Origin: an uncultured Brevinematales bacterium
GTDB lineage: Bacteria > Spirochaetota > Brevinematia > Brevinematales > CAZQBT01
Assembly (NCBI GenBank): GCA_964591955.1
Contig: CAZQBT010000003.1
Span: forward strand, 28,890 to 92,889
Direction of reading: 5' to 3'
DNA: 64,000 bases
Numbering within the stretch: the first letter of the stretch is position 1; each line of letters starts with the position of its first letter. A model generated the notes under the pieces. The model saw only the letters and a program-made list of their open reading frames with translations, was not told the origin of the DNA and did not search any database. Positions 20,448-31,109 of the stretch are shown here, one piece after another. The position numbers were made by a program, and so were the translations under genes.

Positions 20448-22355
20448 ATGCCGCCTAATAAAAGACCCCCGAAAGGAAATTTCCCTGTTGACAATCAAAA
20501 GCAGGGTCTTTATTTCGGGATTTTTCTTGTAATCGTATTGATTGTGTTTGCCGCCGTTATGTTCTTTGTAAAACCACCGCCGGTTATCTCGTATTCCGAA
20601 TTTCTTGAAAATGTCGAAAACGGGTATGTCGGCAAGGTTGTCATACAGGGACAGGTTATTGAGGGTGATTATACTCAGTCCGTCAGAGGATATAATTCTT
20701 TTAAAACCGTGATGCCGATGAATGACACGGAACTCTTACCCCTTCTTAAAAATGAAAACATTGTCATTGAAGGCGAGGTGGTCAGGGACGGTGGCGGAAA
20801 TATTATATGGTGGATAGTAATCGGAACGGCGATAATGTTCGGGCTGTGGTTTTTACTTATGCGCGGGGGGCAGGGAGGCGATTCCGGGCGCGCTATGTCT
20901 TTCGGTAAAAGCAAAGCCCGTCTTCATAAGGATATGAAAAATAAAATCAAGTTTATTGACGTTGCCGGATGTGATGAGGCTAAAGATGATTTAAGCGAAA
21001 TTGTTGAGTTTTTAAAAAGCCCCCAGAAATTCACATCGCTTGGCGCGCGTATTCCCAAGGGCGTTATGCTTGTAGGTCCTCCCGGAACGGGCAAAACCCT
21101 GCTTGCCAAGGCGGTTGCCGGGGAGGCGAATGTCCCGTTTTTCAGCGTAAGCGGTTCGGAATTTGTCGAGATGTTTGTAGGCGTGGGGGCTTCCCGTGTG
21201 AGAGACCTTTTCGCACAGGGAAGAAAAAATGCCCCGTGTATTATATTCATAGATGAACTTGATGCCGTAGGACGTTCGCGCGGTGCGGGTGTCGGCGGTT
21301 CTCACGATGAGAGAGAGCAAACCCTGAACCAGATTTTGGTTGAGATGGACGGGTTTGATTCCTCCGAGGGGCTTATCCTGATGGCGGCTACGAACCGTCC
21401 CGATATTCTTGACCTCGCTTTATTGCGTCCCGGCAGGTTTGACCGTCGTATAGTTGTCGATAAACCCGATATTAAGGCTCGTGAGCTTATCCTGAAAGTC
21501 CATACGCGCAAAATCCCTATGCAGAAAGACGTCAATCTTGAGGTTATAGCACGCGGAACTCCGGGGCTTACCGGCGCCGATATAGAAAACCTTGTAAACG
21601 AGGCGGCGCTGAAAGCCGCACGGGAAAACAGAAAAGAGGTTTCTATGGTTGATTTTGAGTTTGCGCGTGAAAAGGTGCAGATGGGACCGGAGCGCAAAAG
21701 CCGCGTTATTCTCGATGAGGATAAGACTATTACCGCGTATCACGAAAGCGGACATGCCGTTGTCAGCCATTCATTACCATACACCGACCCCGTGCATAAA
21801 ATCACGATTATCCCGCGGGGATTTGCCAACGGATATATGCTTCCCTTGCCGGAGCATGAGAGGTCGCATGTTTTCAAGAAACGTATTTTGCAGGACTTGA
21901 TGGTGTATCTCGGCGGGCGCGCTGCCGAAGAATTGATTTTCGGCAAGGAATGGGTTTCCGCAGGTGCATCGTATGATATTGAACAGGCTACCAAAATCGC
22001 CAATATGATGGTTTGCGAGTGGGGTATGAGCGATGAGTTAGGTCCTGTCCGTTACGGCGAGAAAGAAGGTCCCGTGTTCTTGGGGAAAGACCTTGTTACC
22101 CGTAAAAATTTCAGCGAAAAAGTCCACGAGATTATAGATAATGAGGTTAATAAGATTATTTCCGATGCATATAATAGAACCGTTGAATTGCTCAAGAAGT
22201 CCCGTAAAAAACTTGAGGCTTTGGCTAATGCGGTTTTGGAGAAGGAAACTTTAAGCGCCGAGGAGATTACTAAAATTCTCGGTTTATCCAAGAAAGACAA
22301 TTTCCCGATTTTGGCGGCTTTGAATAAATCCAAGGCGGCAAAATCGACCAAATAG
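20448..22355 (+). CDS. ftsH: ATP-dependent zinc metalloprotease FtsH
   Basis: Two N-terminal TMs, [29 protein letters not shown] zinc motif. Confidence 0.97.
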   Translation: MPPNKRPPKGNFPVDNQKQGLYFGIFLVIVLIVFAAVMFFVKPPPVISYSEFLENVENGYVGKVVIQGQVIEGDYTQSVRGYNSFKTVMPMNDTELLPLLKNENIVIEGEVVRDGGGNIIWWIVIGTAIMFGLWFLLMRGGQGGDSGRAMSFGKSKARLHKDMKNKIKFIDVAGCDEAKDDLSEIVEFLKSPQKFTSLGARIPKGVMLVGPPGTGKTLLAKAVAGEANVPFFSVSGSEFVEMFVGVGASRVRDLFAQGRKNAPCIIFIDELDAVGRSRGAGVGGSHDEREQTLNQILVEMDGFDSSEGLILMAATNRPDILDLALLRPGRFDRRIVVDKPDIKARELILKVHTRKIPMQKDVNLEVIARGTPGLTGADIENLVNEAALKAARENRKEVSMVDFEFAREKVQMGPERKSRVILDEDKTITAYHESGHAVVSHSLPYTDPVHKITIIPRGFANGYMLPLPEHERSHVFKKRILQDLMVYLGGRAAEELIFGKEWVSAGASYDIEQATKIANMMVCEWGMSDELGPVRYGEKEGPVFLGKDLVTRKNFSEKVHEIIDNEVNKIISDAYNRTVELLKKSRKKLEALANAVLEKETLSAEEITKILGLSKKDNFPILAALNKSKAAKSTK

Positions 22356-22413
22356 AATGGCAGGAAGGCGCGGTTGTTGAGTGAAGTCGAAATACGGTCG
22401 CTTAGATGGTTGT

Positions 22414-22560
22414 GTCATTCTGATTTTACTCCCCCACAACAATTTGCAGGCTACTTTAGGTGCGCTTTACAAATTGGTGTGGGGCTGTTCCCCTGAAGAA
22501 TCTAATTTGGTTTGTTGGATTCTTCAGGGATTAGACTGTCGATGGTGTAATCAGAATGAC
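22414..22560. repeat. Palindromic intergenic element, family A (copy 1)
   Basis: Terminal IR GTCATTCTGATT/AATCAGAATGAC; internal stems CCCTGAAGAATC/GATTCTTCAGGG and CCCCAC..AATTTG/CAAATT..GTGGGG. Confidence 0.8.
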
Positions 22561-22635
22561 GTTGTCAGCGCAGTCGGGGATGACCGCTTTACCGCTTTGT
22601 TTCAAATTTAATCAAATAAATTCGGGGAGTGAATT

Positions 22636-23598
22636 TTGGCGGCTCATGCGAGTATTTTTGATAAAATCCGTGAGGAAATTTCAAAGACTATTATCGGGCA
22701 GGACGACGTTATAGAGCTTTTGCTTGTGGCGATGCTTTCGGAGGGGCACGCTATCCTTGAGGGGGTGCCGGGCTTGGCTAAAACCCTTATTGTAAACAGT
22801 CTTGCTAAAACTATGGATTTATCTTTTAACCGTATCCAGTTTACTCCCGATATGGTGCCTTCCGATATTACAGGCACGGAGATAGTCAGCCTTGCATCAA
22901 AGGGCGAGAGGGATTTTCGTTTTATTGAGGGTCCTGTATTTTCCAATATTATCCTTGCCGATGAGATAAACCGCACTCCTCCCAAAACCCAATCGGCGCT
23001 TTTACAGGCTATGCAGGAAAGGCAGGTTACTATTCTCGGGAAAACTTACGAGCTTCCATCCCCGTTTTTTGTTTTAGCTACGCAAAACCCGATAGAGTAT
23101 GAGGGAACTTATCCTTTGCCCGAGGCGCAACTTGACCGGTTTCTTTTGTATATATACGTGAATTATCCTTCCAAAGAGGAGGAGATGGCAATAATAGAAG
23201 CCGACCCCCGCAATTTGAATAAAATCCGTGCCGTTGTGTCCCCTGCGGAACTTAACGATATGATAAAAAATGCATCAAAGCAGGCAGTCTCCGATGTTGT
23301 TAAGGATTACGCGGTAAATATTGTCAGGAATACCCGTCCCGATTTGTCGAAGGTTTCGCTTGTCGGGAAATATGTTGAATGGGGGGCAGGTCCCAGGGCT
23401 TCACAGATGCTTGTCAGGCTTGCCAAGTCATTTTCCTTTATGAAAAACAAAAAAATTGTCGATAAACAAGATATAGATGCGGTTTTAGTCCCCTGTTTGA
23501 AACATCGCATAGTCCTCAATTACAACGCCGTTTCGGACGGGGTTTCGGTGGACGAGATTATCCGCGAAGTTCAAATTGAAGTGGAGAAAAAGTTATGA
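22636..23598 (+). CDS. MoxR family AAA+ ATPase
   Basis: LEGVPGLAKT, RIQFTPD, LADEINRTPPKTQSALL, ATQNPIEYEGTYPLPEAQLDRF. Confidence 0.93.
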   Translation: MAAHASIFDKIREEISKTIIGQDDVIELLLVAMLSEGHAILEGVPGLAKTLIVNSLAKTMDLSFNRIQFTPDMVPSDITGTEIVSLASKGERDFRFIEGPVFSNIILADEINRTPPKTQSALLQAMQERQVTILGKTYELPSPFFVLATQNPIEYEGTYPLPEAQLDRFLLYIYVNYPSKEEEMAIIEADPRNLNKIRAVVSPAELNDMIKNASKQAVSDVVKDYAVNIVRNTRPDLSKVSLVGKYVEWGAGPRASQMLVRLAKSFSFMKNKKIVDKQDIDAVLVPCLKHRIVLNYNAVSDGVSVDEIIREVQIEVEKKL

Positions 23599-24311
23599 AA
23601 CGTTTTCCGTATGTTGTTTTGTTTATCGGCGTTTTTTGCGTAACCGCGGTTGCGCGTTCTTTATGGAACGAAGTCAATATTTACAAGCCTCGCGTGAATG
23701 TCGGCGACATTATCCGCGTCCGTTTCGATAAAGAGACGCAAATCCGTTATCGTATTGAGGGAAGGATGTCCCGTTATCAGGAAAGTCACGGCAAACGCGG
23801 TGAGGGACAGGCTTTTGATTTTTATCCCGAAGCCCGTATTACCGATAACGACGACCGTAATTTCAGGAATACCCTTGAGGTTCGCAACAATAATAATTTT
23901 ATAGTCCCGTCGATTGTCGGCGCGGTTGAGGGTAATACTATCGTTTTGCACGGCAATACATCCACAACCATAGATAATCAGATTTTTGCACTTGAATTAA
24001 GAGGTATGTGTAATATTAACTCGATTCGTCCTGATTTTTCGGTTGCAAGCGAGGATATTTATAACCTGGATTTCCATATCAAAAATTACTCTCTTACCGA
24101 TGATACATTTTTGTCGGGAGAGGATTTGATTTTTGAAACCAATTTTACGGATATTTCCACAAATATTGTAGTTGAGAATGAGGCAACTAATTATATAATT
24201 TCAACAAATGAGGAAGCGTTTACCTTGAGATTTAGCGGTATCCGTGATGAGAAAAAGCGCGAACTTATAATTCATTATCTTAATGTGCTTGTAAATTCGC
24301 TTTTCAGATAG
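23595..24311 (+). CDS. Exported protein with FlgH (flagellar L-ring)-like N-terminal region
   Basis: Signal peptide, then SLW....VGDIIRV reminiscent of FlgH-family N-termini; no clear lipobox; Thr-Asn-rich C-terminal region. Confidence 0.45.
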   Translation: MKRFPYVVLFIGVFCVTAVARSLWNEVNIYKPRVNVGDIIRVRFDKETQIRYRIEGRMSRYQESHGKRGEGQAFDFYPEARITDNDDRNFRNTLEVRNNNNFIVPSIVGAVEGNTIVLHGNTSTTIDNQIFALELRGMCNINSIRPDFSVASEDIYNLDFHIKNYSLTDDTFLSGEDLIFETNFTDISTNIVVENEATNYIISTNEEAFTLRFSGIRDEKKRELIIHYLNVLVNSLFR

Positions 24312-24371
24312 TTTTAATTTATAATAATGAACGCGATATAAAACCGAATTGGTGGTGATTTAGAGGAGATA

Positions 24372-26249
24372 ATGTCGTTATTAGATAAAATAAATAGTCC
24401 GTCGGATTTAAAGGGGCTTAGAAATTCGGATTTAAAGCAGCTTGCAGTCGAGATACGCAGCTTTTTAATAGAGAATGTAACCAAAACGGGCGGGCATTTG
24501 TCACCTAATTTGGGGGTTGTGGAATTAACAATTGCATTACATTATGTCTTTGACAGTCCTCAGGATGGTATTATTTGGGATGTTGGTCATCAGTCCTATG
24601 TGCATAAGATTTTAACCGGCAGACGTAGCGGATTTAATTCGCTTCGTATGAAAGGCGGGCTTTCGGGTTACCCATCCCCTATGGAAAGCGAGCATGATAT
24701 TATCCATGCAGGACACAGTTCCACATCTCTTTCAATTGCTTCGGGTATTGCTCATGCCAAAAATATCAACGGTGAAAAGACCGCCACTATTGCGGTTATC
24801 GGGGACGGGTCATTTACGGCCGGGCTTGTTTACGAAGCGTTGAATACTATCTCACATTTGGGTTTGCCGATTATTATTATACTTAATGATAACGGCATGT
24901 CCATTTCCGAAAATATCGGCGGTATTTCAAGCTATTTTAATCTTATCCGCACCTCTGAGACTTATCTTAAGTTTAAAAGGCGGATAGAGTTTATGGCGGG
25001 TAAAATGCCGGGAATCGGGCGTCCTATAAAACGGGTTTTGTATAATTTGAAGGAGTCCGTAAGCGATATTCTTATACCGGGAAAATTTTTCCATGATATA
25101 GGTATTGCTTATTACGGTCCTTTTGACGGGCATAACATAAAAAAATTAACGGATATATTTGAGGAAATCCGTTATACCGAAAAACCCATACTTTTGCATT
25201 TGCTTACGAAAAAGGGCAAGGGTTATGCGCCCTCCGAGGAAGACCCGACTCATTATCACGGTATTTCCGGGATTTCGGTCAATTGCGATGACAGTATTCC
25301 GGTTAAGGCGGATGGGATTAGTTATTCCAAGACGTTCGGAAGCAAAATTTGCGAGCTTGCCGCTAAGGATGACGGGATTTTTGCCGTAACCGCCGCTATG
25401 GAAACAGGAACAGGGCTTACGGAGTTTGCGCGTTTATTTAAAGAACGGTTTGCCGATGTGGGTATTGCCGAACAGCACGCCGTTGATTTCGGCGTAGGGC
25501 TTGCGCTTAAAGGATACAAACCCGTTGTTTGTATCTATTCCACTTTTTTGCAGAGAGGGTATGACCAGCTTTTGCATGATGTCGGTATCGGTAATATTAA
25601 AATGCTTTTTTGTCTTGACAGGGCGGGGCTTGTTCCCGATGACGGCGAAACCCATCAGGGTATATTTGATATTGCTTATATGCGGATGATTCCCAATTTC
25701 AGGATTATGTTGCCGTCCTGTAAGAGCGAACTTGAGATGATGATGGAATTTGCGTTGGACAATTTAGAGGGACCCTGCTCAATACGGTATCCGAAGGACG
25801 TTGCGGATAATTTTATTGAATACAACCCTTATGAGTATCCGATAGAGTGGGGAGCGGGAAATGTCGTGGTTAAGGGTGATGATTGTATCCTGGTTTCTTG
25901 CGGGACTTTGCTTAAAGAGGCGTTGGCGGCGCGGAAGTTGTTAGAAAATAACAATATAGTTGCTGAAATATTCAACTTAAGATTTGCAAAGCCGATAAAT
26001 AAAGAGACCTTGTTTTATTTATCCGACGCCGACAAACCGGTTTTTCTTATTGAAGAGGGGATAGAAAGCGGTGGAGTTGGCGAATACCTTTATACTCGGA
26101 TAAAACAGTTGAACCCGTCAAAGCAAGTCGGGTATTCCGCGATATGCGATTCGTTCCCGCCGGTCGGTTCGCGTGAGGAATTGCTTTTATATTATGATTT
26201 GACAGCATCTAAAATTGCTGATAAAATAAAAGTTTTAGTTAATAAATAA
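24372..26249 (+). CDS. dxs: 1-deoxy-D-xylulose-5-phosphate synthase
   Basis: GGHLSPNLGVVELT, WDVGHQSY, IGDGS..NDNGMSIS, GIAEQHA, DGETHQG. Confidence 0.96.
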   Translation: MSLLDKINSPSDLKGLRNSDLKQLAVEIRSFLIENVTKTGGHLSPNLGVVELTIALHYVFDSPQDGIIWDVGHQSYVHKILTGRRSGFNSLRMKGGLSGYPSPMESEHDIIHAGHSSTSLSIASGIAHAKNINGEKTATIAVIGDGSFTAGLVYEALNTISHLGLPIIIILNDNGMSISENIGGISSYFNLIRTSETYLKFKRRIEFMAGKMPGIGRPIKRVLYNLKESVSDILIPGKFFHDIGIAYYGPFDGHNIKKLTDIFEEIRYTEKPILLHLLTKKGKGYAPSEEDPTHYHGISGISVNCDDSIPVKADGISYSKTFGSKICELAAKDDGIFAVTAAMETGTGLTEFARLFKERFADVGIAEQHAVDFGVGLALKGYKPVVCIYSTFLQRGYDQLLHDVGIGNIKMLFCLDRAGLVPDDGETHQGIFDIAYMRMIPNFRIMLPSCKSELEMMMEFALDNLEGPCSIRYPKDVADNFIEYNPYEYPIEWGAGNVVVKGDDCILVSCGTLLKEALAARKLLENNNIVAEIFNLRFAKPINKETLFYLSDADKPVFLIEEGIESGGVGEYLYTRIKQLNPSKQVGYSAICDSFPPVGSREELLLYYDLTASKIADKIKVLVNK

Positions 26250-26276
26250 TTTTTTGTAGTTTTGGAGCTTTATTTA

Positions 26277-27389
26277 ATGGAATCAAAAAAACCTGCACAG
26301 AAACGCCCCAATTATAAGCGTCAGTTTGTTAAGCGAGACAGAGCGGTTAAGATTATCAAGGAACTCAGCGAGTTTTTGAGGATTTTAGACTTGCGCGAGG
26401 GGAATATTCTCCAAACTATGGTTGTTCGCTTTGCTATCGAATCCATTGAAGCATCTCAAGGCTCTCTATTAAGCTATGATGAAGAAAAAAACGTTCTTCG
26501 CTATCAGGATACATATATTTACGAAAATAATAAGATTATTCTCGAAAATTACGGCGAACTTTTACAGGATATTTATGTCAGGCCGGGTGAAGGTATTGTC
26601 GGTGAGGCTTATATAAAAGGAATACCTATACTTGTTGATAATATTCAGGCTACCGATTATGAAAAACCTCTTATCGCGGATACGGTTAAGGTGGATATTA
26701 ATTCGGTTATTGCTATGCCTCTGCAGGTGGATAACGAGGTTGTCTCGGTGCTTGAGATAGCCAATGCCGCCGATAAACAGGCTTTTTCAGGTGAAGACCT
26801 CGAAATTATTATGATTATTGCTAATTTTGCCGCAACTATCCTTGAAAACGTCAAATGGTTTAATTGGGCTATCCACGACAGTCTCACCGGTTTATATAAT
26901 AATCATTATTTTTACAAAGAACTTGATGATGAAGTTGACAGAAGTATGCGATACGGGAGAATTTTCTCGCTGGTTATTTTCGATATAGATAATTTTAAAC
27001 AGATTAACGATACTTACGGGCATAGTATCGGCGATAAAGCATTACAACTCCTTTCCGAATGTATCCAGAAAACCATCCGAAAAGAGGTTGATATTGCGGC
27101 GCGTTACGGAGGAGATGAGTTCGTTATTGTGCTTCCCAATACCAACGCGGAAGAGGCTTATACCGTATGTAACCGTCTTGCCGCCCTTGTGGCTAAAACT
27201 CCCGTCAAATCCAACGAAGGCAAAGAATTTTTCCTCACCCTTAGTATCGGTATTGTTGAATTTCCCCGCGACGGCGAAGAGGTTTATTTCTTGTTTAATA
27301 ACGCCGATGAGGCTTTATACGAGTCCAAGCGCGCCGGAAAGGATGCTATCACTATTTTCGGTGAAAAAAGCCGTAAAAACAAATTCTAA
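26277..27389 (+). CDS. GAF-domain diguanylate cyclase
   Basis: GAF (GEGIVG..IAMPL..VLEIAN), HDSLTGLYN, DIDNFKQINDTYGH, intact RYGGDEF. Confidence 0.92.
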   Translation: MESKKPAQKRPNYKRQFVKRDRAVKIIKELSEFLRILDLREGNILQTMVVRFAIESIEASQGSLLSYDEEKNVLRYQDTYIYENNKIILENYGELLQDIYVRPGEGIVGEAYIKGIPILVDNIQATDYEKPLIADTVKVDINSVIAMPLQVDNEVVSVLEIANAADKQAFSGEDLEIIMIIANFAATILENVKWFNWAIHDSLTGLYNNHYFYKELDDEVDRSMRYGRIFSLVIFDIDNFKQINDTYGHSIGDKALQLLSECIQKTIRKEVDIAARYGGDEFVIVLPNTNAEEAYTVCNRLAALVAKTPVKSNEGKEFFLTLSIGIVEFPRDGEEVYFLFNNADEALYESKRAGKDAITIFGEKSRKNKF

Positions 27390-27393
27390 TCCC

Positions 27394-28008
27394 TTATAAA
27401 TACATCTCCAAAAGAGTGGCGTATTTTTTAAACCCCGATGCTTCATCGTGCGTGATAATCACAACGCTGCGGATTTTTGCAAAATAGTCGATAAGTTCGA
27501 GAAACCTATCGCGATTTTTTCTGCTTAAAAACGAGTCGGGTTCATCAAGAAAGGTGTATCTTACCGGCGGAATAAGCGCGCGGGCAATTCGCGCAAGTTG
27601 ACGCTCTCCTCCGCTAAGCGTATCTACCGGCTTATCCAACATAGAAGAAAGTCCCATTACCTCAATGGTTTTATCGAAATAAGATGACAGCGGATTTTCA
27701 AACGGGTAGAGGGATTGAGAAATAAAATCCTTTACGCCGACATCAATATCGGTGTTGGATATTTGGGGAAGATACGATATTATACGCGCCGTTTTAATAC
27801 GGGGAATTTTGCGGTTTTCCATACCGTCGATTAATATTTCACCCTTATAGGACGGCAGAATATTTAAAATTGCGCGAACCAGACTGGATTTTCCCGTGCC
27901 GTTATCGCCGGTTATTATAAACCCTCCTTTTTCGGGGATATTCAGGTTTTCCAAATTCAGAACGATTTTGGTTTTATATGATATTTCGAGGTTTTTTATT
28001 GTAATCAA
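27394..28008 (-). CDS. ABC transporter ATP-binding protein (no adjacent permease)
   Basis: GDNGTGKSS, LSGGERQ, FLDEP, ITHD. Confidence 0.85.
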   Translation of the reverse strand: MITIKNLEISYKTKIVLNLENLNIPEKGGFIITGDNGTGKSSLVRAILNILPSYKGEILIDGMENRKIPRIKTARIISYLPQISNTDIDVGVKDFISQSLYPFENPLSSYFDKTIEVMGLSSMLDKPVDTLSGGERQLARIARALIPPVRYTFLDEPDSFLSRKNRDRFLELIDYFAKIRSVVIITHDEASGFKKYATLLEMYL

Positions 28009-28018
28009 GTCTGCTCCT

Positions 28019-30292
28019 TTATAACGGGATGTAGATATAGAAAGTTGTTCCTTTTCCTGCTTCGGTTTTAAAGTTGACGTTTCCGCCGTGTGCTTCTATA
28101 ACTTTTTTTACGATAGCCAAACCAAGTCCCGTTCCGTTGGATTTTCCCGATGTGAAAAACGGTTCAAAGATTTTATCGCGGATATCCTCGGGTATTCCGG
28201 GACCATTGTCCTGCACTTTTATTACCAAATCGTAAATCTTTTTTTCCGAGGTTATTGTGATATTTCCCCCGAACGTTAAAGCATCTATAGCGTTACCGAC
28301 AATATTCCCGATAGAGCGCCAAATTCTGTCGCGGTCTATAAGAAGCGTTACGCCTGATTTTAAGTCGGAATGGATTTTTATTCCGCTGTCGTTTACCGCT
28401 CCTTTATAGAACATAACGAGTTCGTTGAGAAATTCGTCGATATTTATTTCGGTGCGATGGAGGCTCATCTGCCCCTTTGAAAAATCAAGTATATCGTTAA
28501 GCATATTGGTTAGCAAATTTATTTCTTTGTAGAGGATTTGCTTGTAAGCCTCTTTTTCTTCCGTAGTGTAATCATCATCGGTGAAAATTTCTATAGAGCT
28601 TTTAATAGTGGTCAGGGGATTTTTTATATCGTGGATAATCGTGCTTGCGAACTGACCGAGACTTGCGAGTTTATCCGATTCGAGTTTGCTTTTGTTAATC
28701 CTGATGGAATATATTTTCATAGACAACAGGTTGTTTATTGTAGTCATAGAATCCCGTATAAAATTGAGTTTTCTCCTTTCTCCTATATAAAACAGGCAGT
28801 ATTCTATCTGGTCGATAAAATAAATCGGCGAGGTAAAAACACTGATATTTCCCCCGCTTTTTATAATTGTGTCGCCTGTGTGGAACACCCTGTTTACTAC
28901 ATTTTTTTCAAGTTTTTCGATTTTTTTGCGGACAGCCTTTTTAGTAACCCCGGTTTCGGAATAGAAGTAATCGAGTTTTTTTGGGGTCTGTTTTTTAAAC
29001 CAAAAAATTGAGATATAACCGAGATTCAGCAGGTCTTTGAGGCTGATTAGAGATTTTTTTATAAACTTAATTTCGTTTAAATAGTCTATATTCATAATAA
29101 AAGAGCTGAAATCATTGATAAGCGTAAGGCTCCTGATTTTATTCATCAAGTCGCGGGTTTGCTCTTCCACTTTTCCGCTAAGCTTAGTATTGAATGTGTC
29201 TGCGCCTTCTTTGTAAAGCAATATATTTTCCGACATAAATCCGAGGCTGTTTTGCAGATGGGTTATCTCATCAATAACCTTGGGTGGACGGGGGACGGGG
29301 ACAAAGTTTTTCTCAAACTCATTCGCCATCTGTGAAAGATTCATAATCGGGACGGAAATTCTGTTACCGAGATAAAGCGCGACTATTATTGCCGCGATTA
29401 AACTTGCCAAAAATATTGAAATAGCAACGCCCTGAAAAATTTCCATAAACCTGTTGACGCTTTTAAACCCGTAAAGGATGCCTAATGTAACGACCTTTTC
29501 ATCGAGCAAGGAAAAAAACGGAATTTTATATAAATAAAACTGCCCCAATCCTTTTATCCTGATGATTGAGGATGATAAATCGGGGGTATCGGATATTGTT
29601 TTATATAATTTGTTAATATCCGAGTATCCTGCAATTTCTTTGTTGCTGAATGCATAATGTCCATCCACCTCGGCAAATACGACCAAATCAGGGTTGTCCC
29701 CGGTAAGGGAATGTAAAAACTCTCTGTCTAATGCAAAACTTGCGATAGCCATTCCAATTTTCTCATCGCTATCTTCGTCATAGATTAACGAGGCGTTTCT
29801 AATCATCACGGTATTTGAGACAAGTTCCGCAAAGGACATAGAAAATCGCCTGTGAAAATGTGGGCTTGTTAGGTATTCCCACATATATTTAGAAAAATTT
29901 GAGGTTGTGGTTAGATTAACAATGGGGAGAGTGGTTATAGTAACCCCGGCGGGTTCTGCAAATTCCCGGCGGATTATATTACTTTGGTAGCTTATTTCAA
30001 GCATAGGGACACGGTAAAAACTCAGAGTAAAAGGTTCGGTAAAATGGGCAAACATATAATCGTGTCTTTTAAAGATTGTTGTAATTCTCGAAAACATCGG
30101 CGCAAGAGATCTAAGTTTTTCCATTTCATCATTAATATTATCGGAAACTTTATCCATAGTAACTTCAAGTTTTTGTTCAATATCGTGGCTTGCCCGCCTC
30201 ATAGTTATAATATTTATTAATAAGAACGCAAAAAGTATGGGTAGCACTGCAATAAGAAGGTATGAAAGAATAAATCTCTGTTTAATCCTCAT
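28019..30292 (-). CDS. Membrane sensor histidine kinase (2 TM, HAMP, HisKA, HATPase)
   Basis: Start likely ATG 30292 (MRIKQRF); H-box IIHDIKNPL; N box NAIDA; DNGPGIP, FEPFFT, GTGLGL. Confidence 0.92.
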   Translation of the reverse strand: MRIKQRFILSYLLIAVLPILFAFLLINIITMRRASHDIEQKLEVTMDKVSDNINDEMEKLRSLAPMFSRITTIFKRHDYMFAHFTEPFTLSFYRVPMLEISYQSNIIRREFAEPAGVTITTLPIVNLTTTSNFSKYMWEYLTSPHFHRRFSMSFAELVSNTVMIRNASLIYDEDSDEKIGMAIASFALDREFLHSLTGDNPDLVVFAEVDGHYAFSNKEIAGYSDINKLYKTISDTPDLSSSIIRIKGLGQFYLYKIPFFSLLDEKVVTLGILYGFKSVNRFMEIFQGVAISIFLASLIAAIIVALYLGNRISVPIMNLSQMANEFEKNFVPVPRPPKVIDEITHLQNSLGFMSENILLYKEGADTFNTKLSGKVEEQTRDLMNKIRSLTLINDFSSFIMNIDYLNEIKFIKKSLISLKDLLNLGYISIFWFKKQTPKKLDYFYSETGVTKKAVRKKIEKLEKNVVNRVFHTGDTIIKSGGNISVFTSPIYFIDQIEYCLFYIGERRKLNFIRDSMTTINNLLSMKIYSIRINKSKLESDKLASLGQFASTIIHDIKNPLTTIKSSIEIFTDDDYTTEEKEAYKQILYKEINLLTNMLNDILDFSKGQMSLHRTEINIDEFLNELVMFYKGAVNDSGIKIHSDLKSGVTLLIDRDRIWRSIGNIVGNAIDALTFGGNITITSEKKIYDLVIKVQDNGPGIPEDIRDKIFEPFFTSGKSNGTGLGLAIVKKVIEAHGGNVNFKTEAGKGTTFYIYIPL

Positions 30293-31109
30293 CAAACTTT
30301 TCCTTTCGCAATATGTTTGCAAAATGTTTTTGTTTTTTTGTGGGTAAAACAATAGTAAATTCCGACCCTTCACCCCACGTGCTTTGAAGGTTTATTGTGC
30401 CGTCGAACAACTCAACTATTTTTTTTACAAGGGACAATCCTATGCCCATCCCGGAAGTATCTGCCGTATCACCGTTTTCAGTCCTGAAAAATCGTTCAAA
30501 TATTCGTTTTTTGAATTTGTCTTTAATACCTATACCGTTGTCGCGTATTTTCAGTATTGCGTGATTGTTGGATTGCTTTAACGATACCGATATTATTGCT
30601 TTTTCGGATGGTTTTTTGTAAAAATAGGCATTATTCAGGATTTCAAAAAACATCAGCGTAAAAAGTTTTTTATTCCCTGGCACCTCAATATTTAACTCAA
30701 CCTCGCTGAAAACGGCAAAATCATCATAATCCTCATAAAAAAATTTGAATTTATTTATTGCTGCGATAACCGTATTGGATAGATTTATTTGAGTCTTGTA
30801 AACGGATTGTGGATTAAAGTCAAGCACCGATATTTCGATAAGGTTGTCAATCAGGCGAACCATCTCTTTACTTTTATTGTAGATAACTTTTGCCGCTTCA
30901 ATATTTTCTTTGCTTTTTACATTTTCGGCAAGCATCTCCGAGTATGCGAGTATGCAGGTCAGGGGAGTTCTTAATTCGTGGCTCAGACTTATTTCGATTT
31001 CACGCTTGATACGTTTTTCAATTAAAGCCGTATGTTTGGCGAGTATTTTTTTCCATATCCAGCGGAACGGGAAAAATATGAAATTAAGAATTTTGCGTAA
31101 AAATCTCAT
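30282..31109 (-). CDS. Short histidine kinase lacking an obvious sensor domain
   Basis: SHELRTPLT H-box about 45 aa from the start; DNGIGI, FERFFR, GMGIGL. Confidence 0.88.
   Translation of the reverse strand: MRFLRKILNFIFFPFRWIWKKILAKHTALIEKRIKREIEISLSHELRTPLTCILAYSEMLAENVKSKENIEAAKVIYNKSKEMVRLIDNLIEISVLDFNPQSVYKTQINLSNTVIAAINKFKFFYEDYDDFAVFSEVELNIEVPGNKKLFTLMFFEILNNAYFYKKPSEKAIISVSLKQSNNHAILKIRDNGIGIKDKFKKRIFERFFRTENGDTADTSGMGIGLSLVKKIVELFDGTINLQSTWGEGSEFTIVLPTKKQKHFANILRKEKFDED

Noticed and set aside
22381-22611. 76-aa ORF between ftsH and MoxR
   Set aside because: It lies across the family A palindromic element, has no convincing RBS and no protein-like features.
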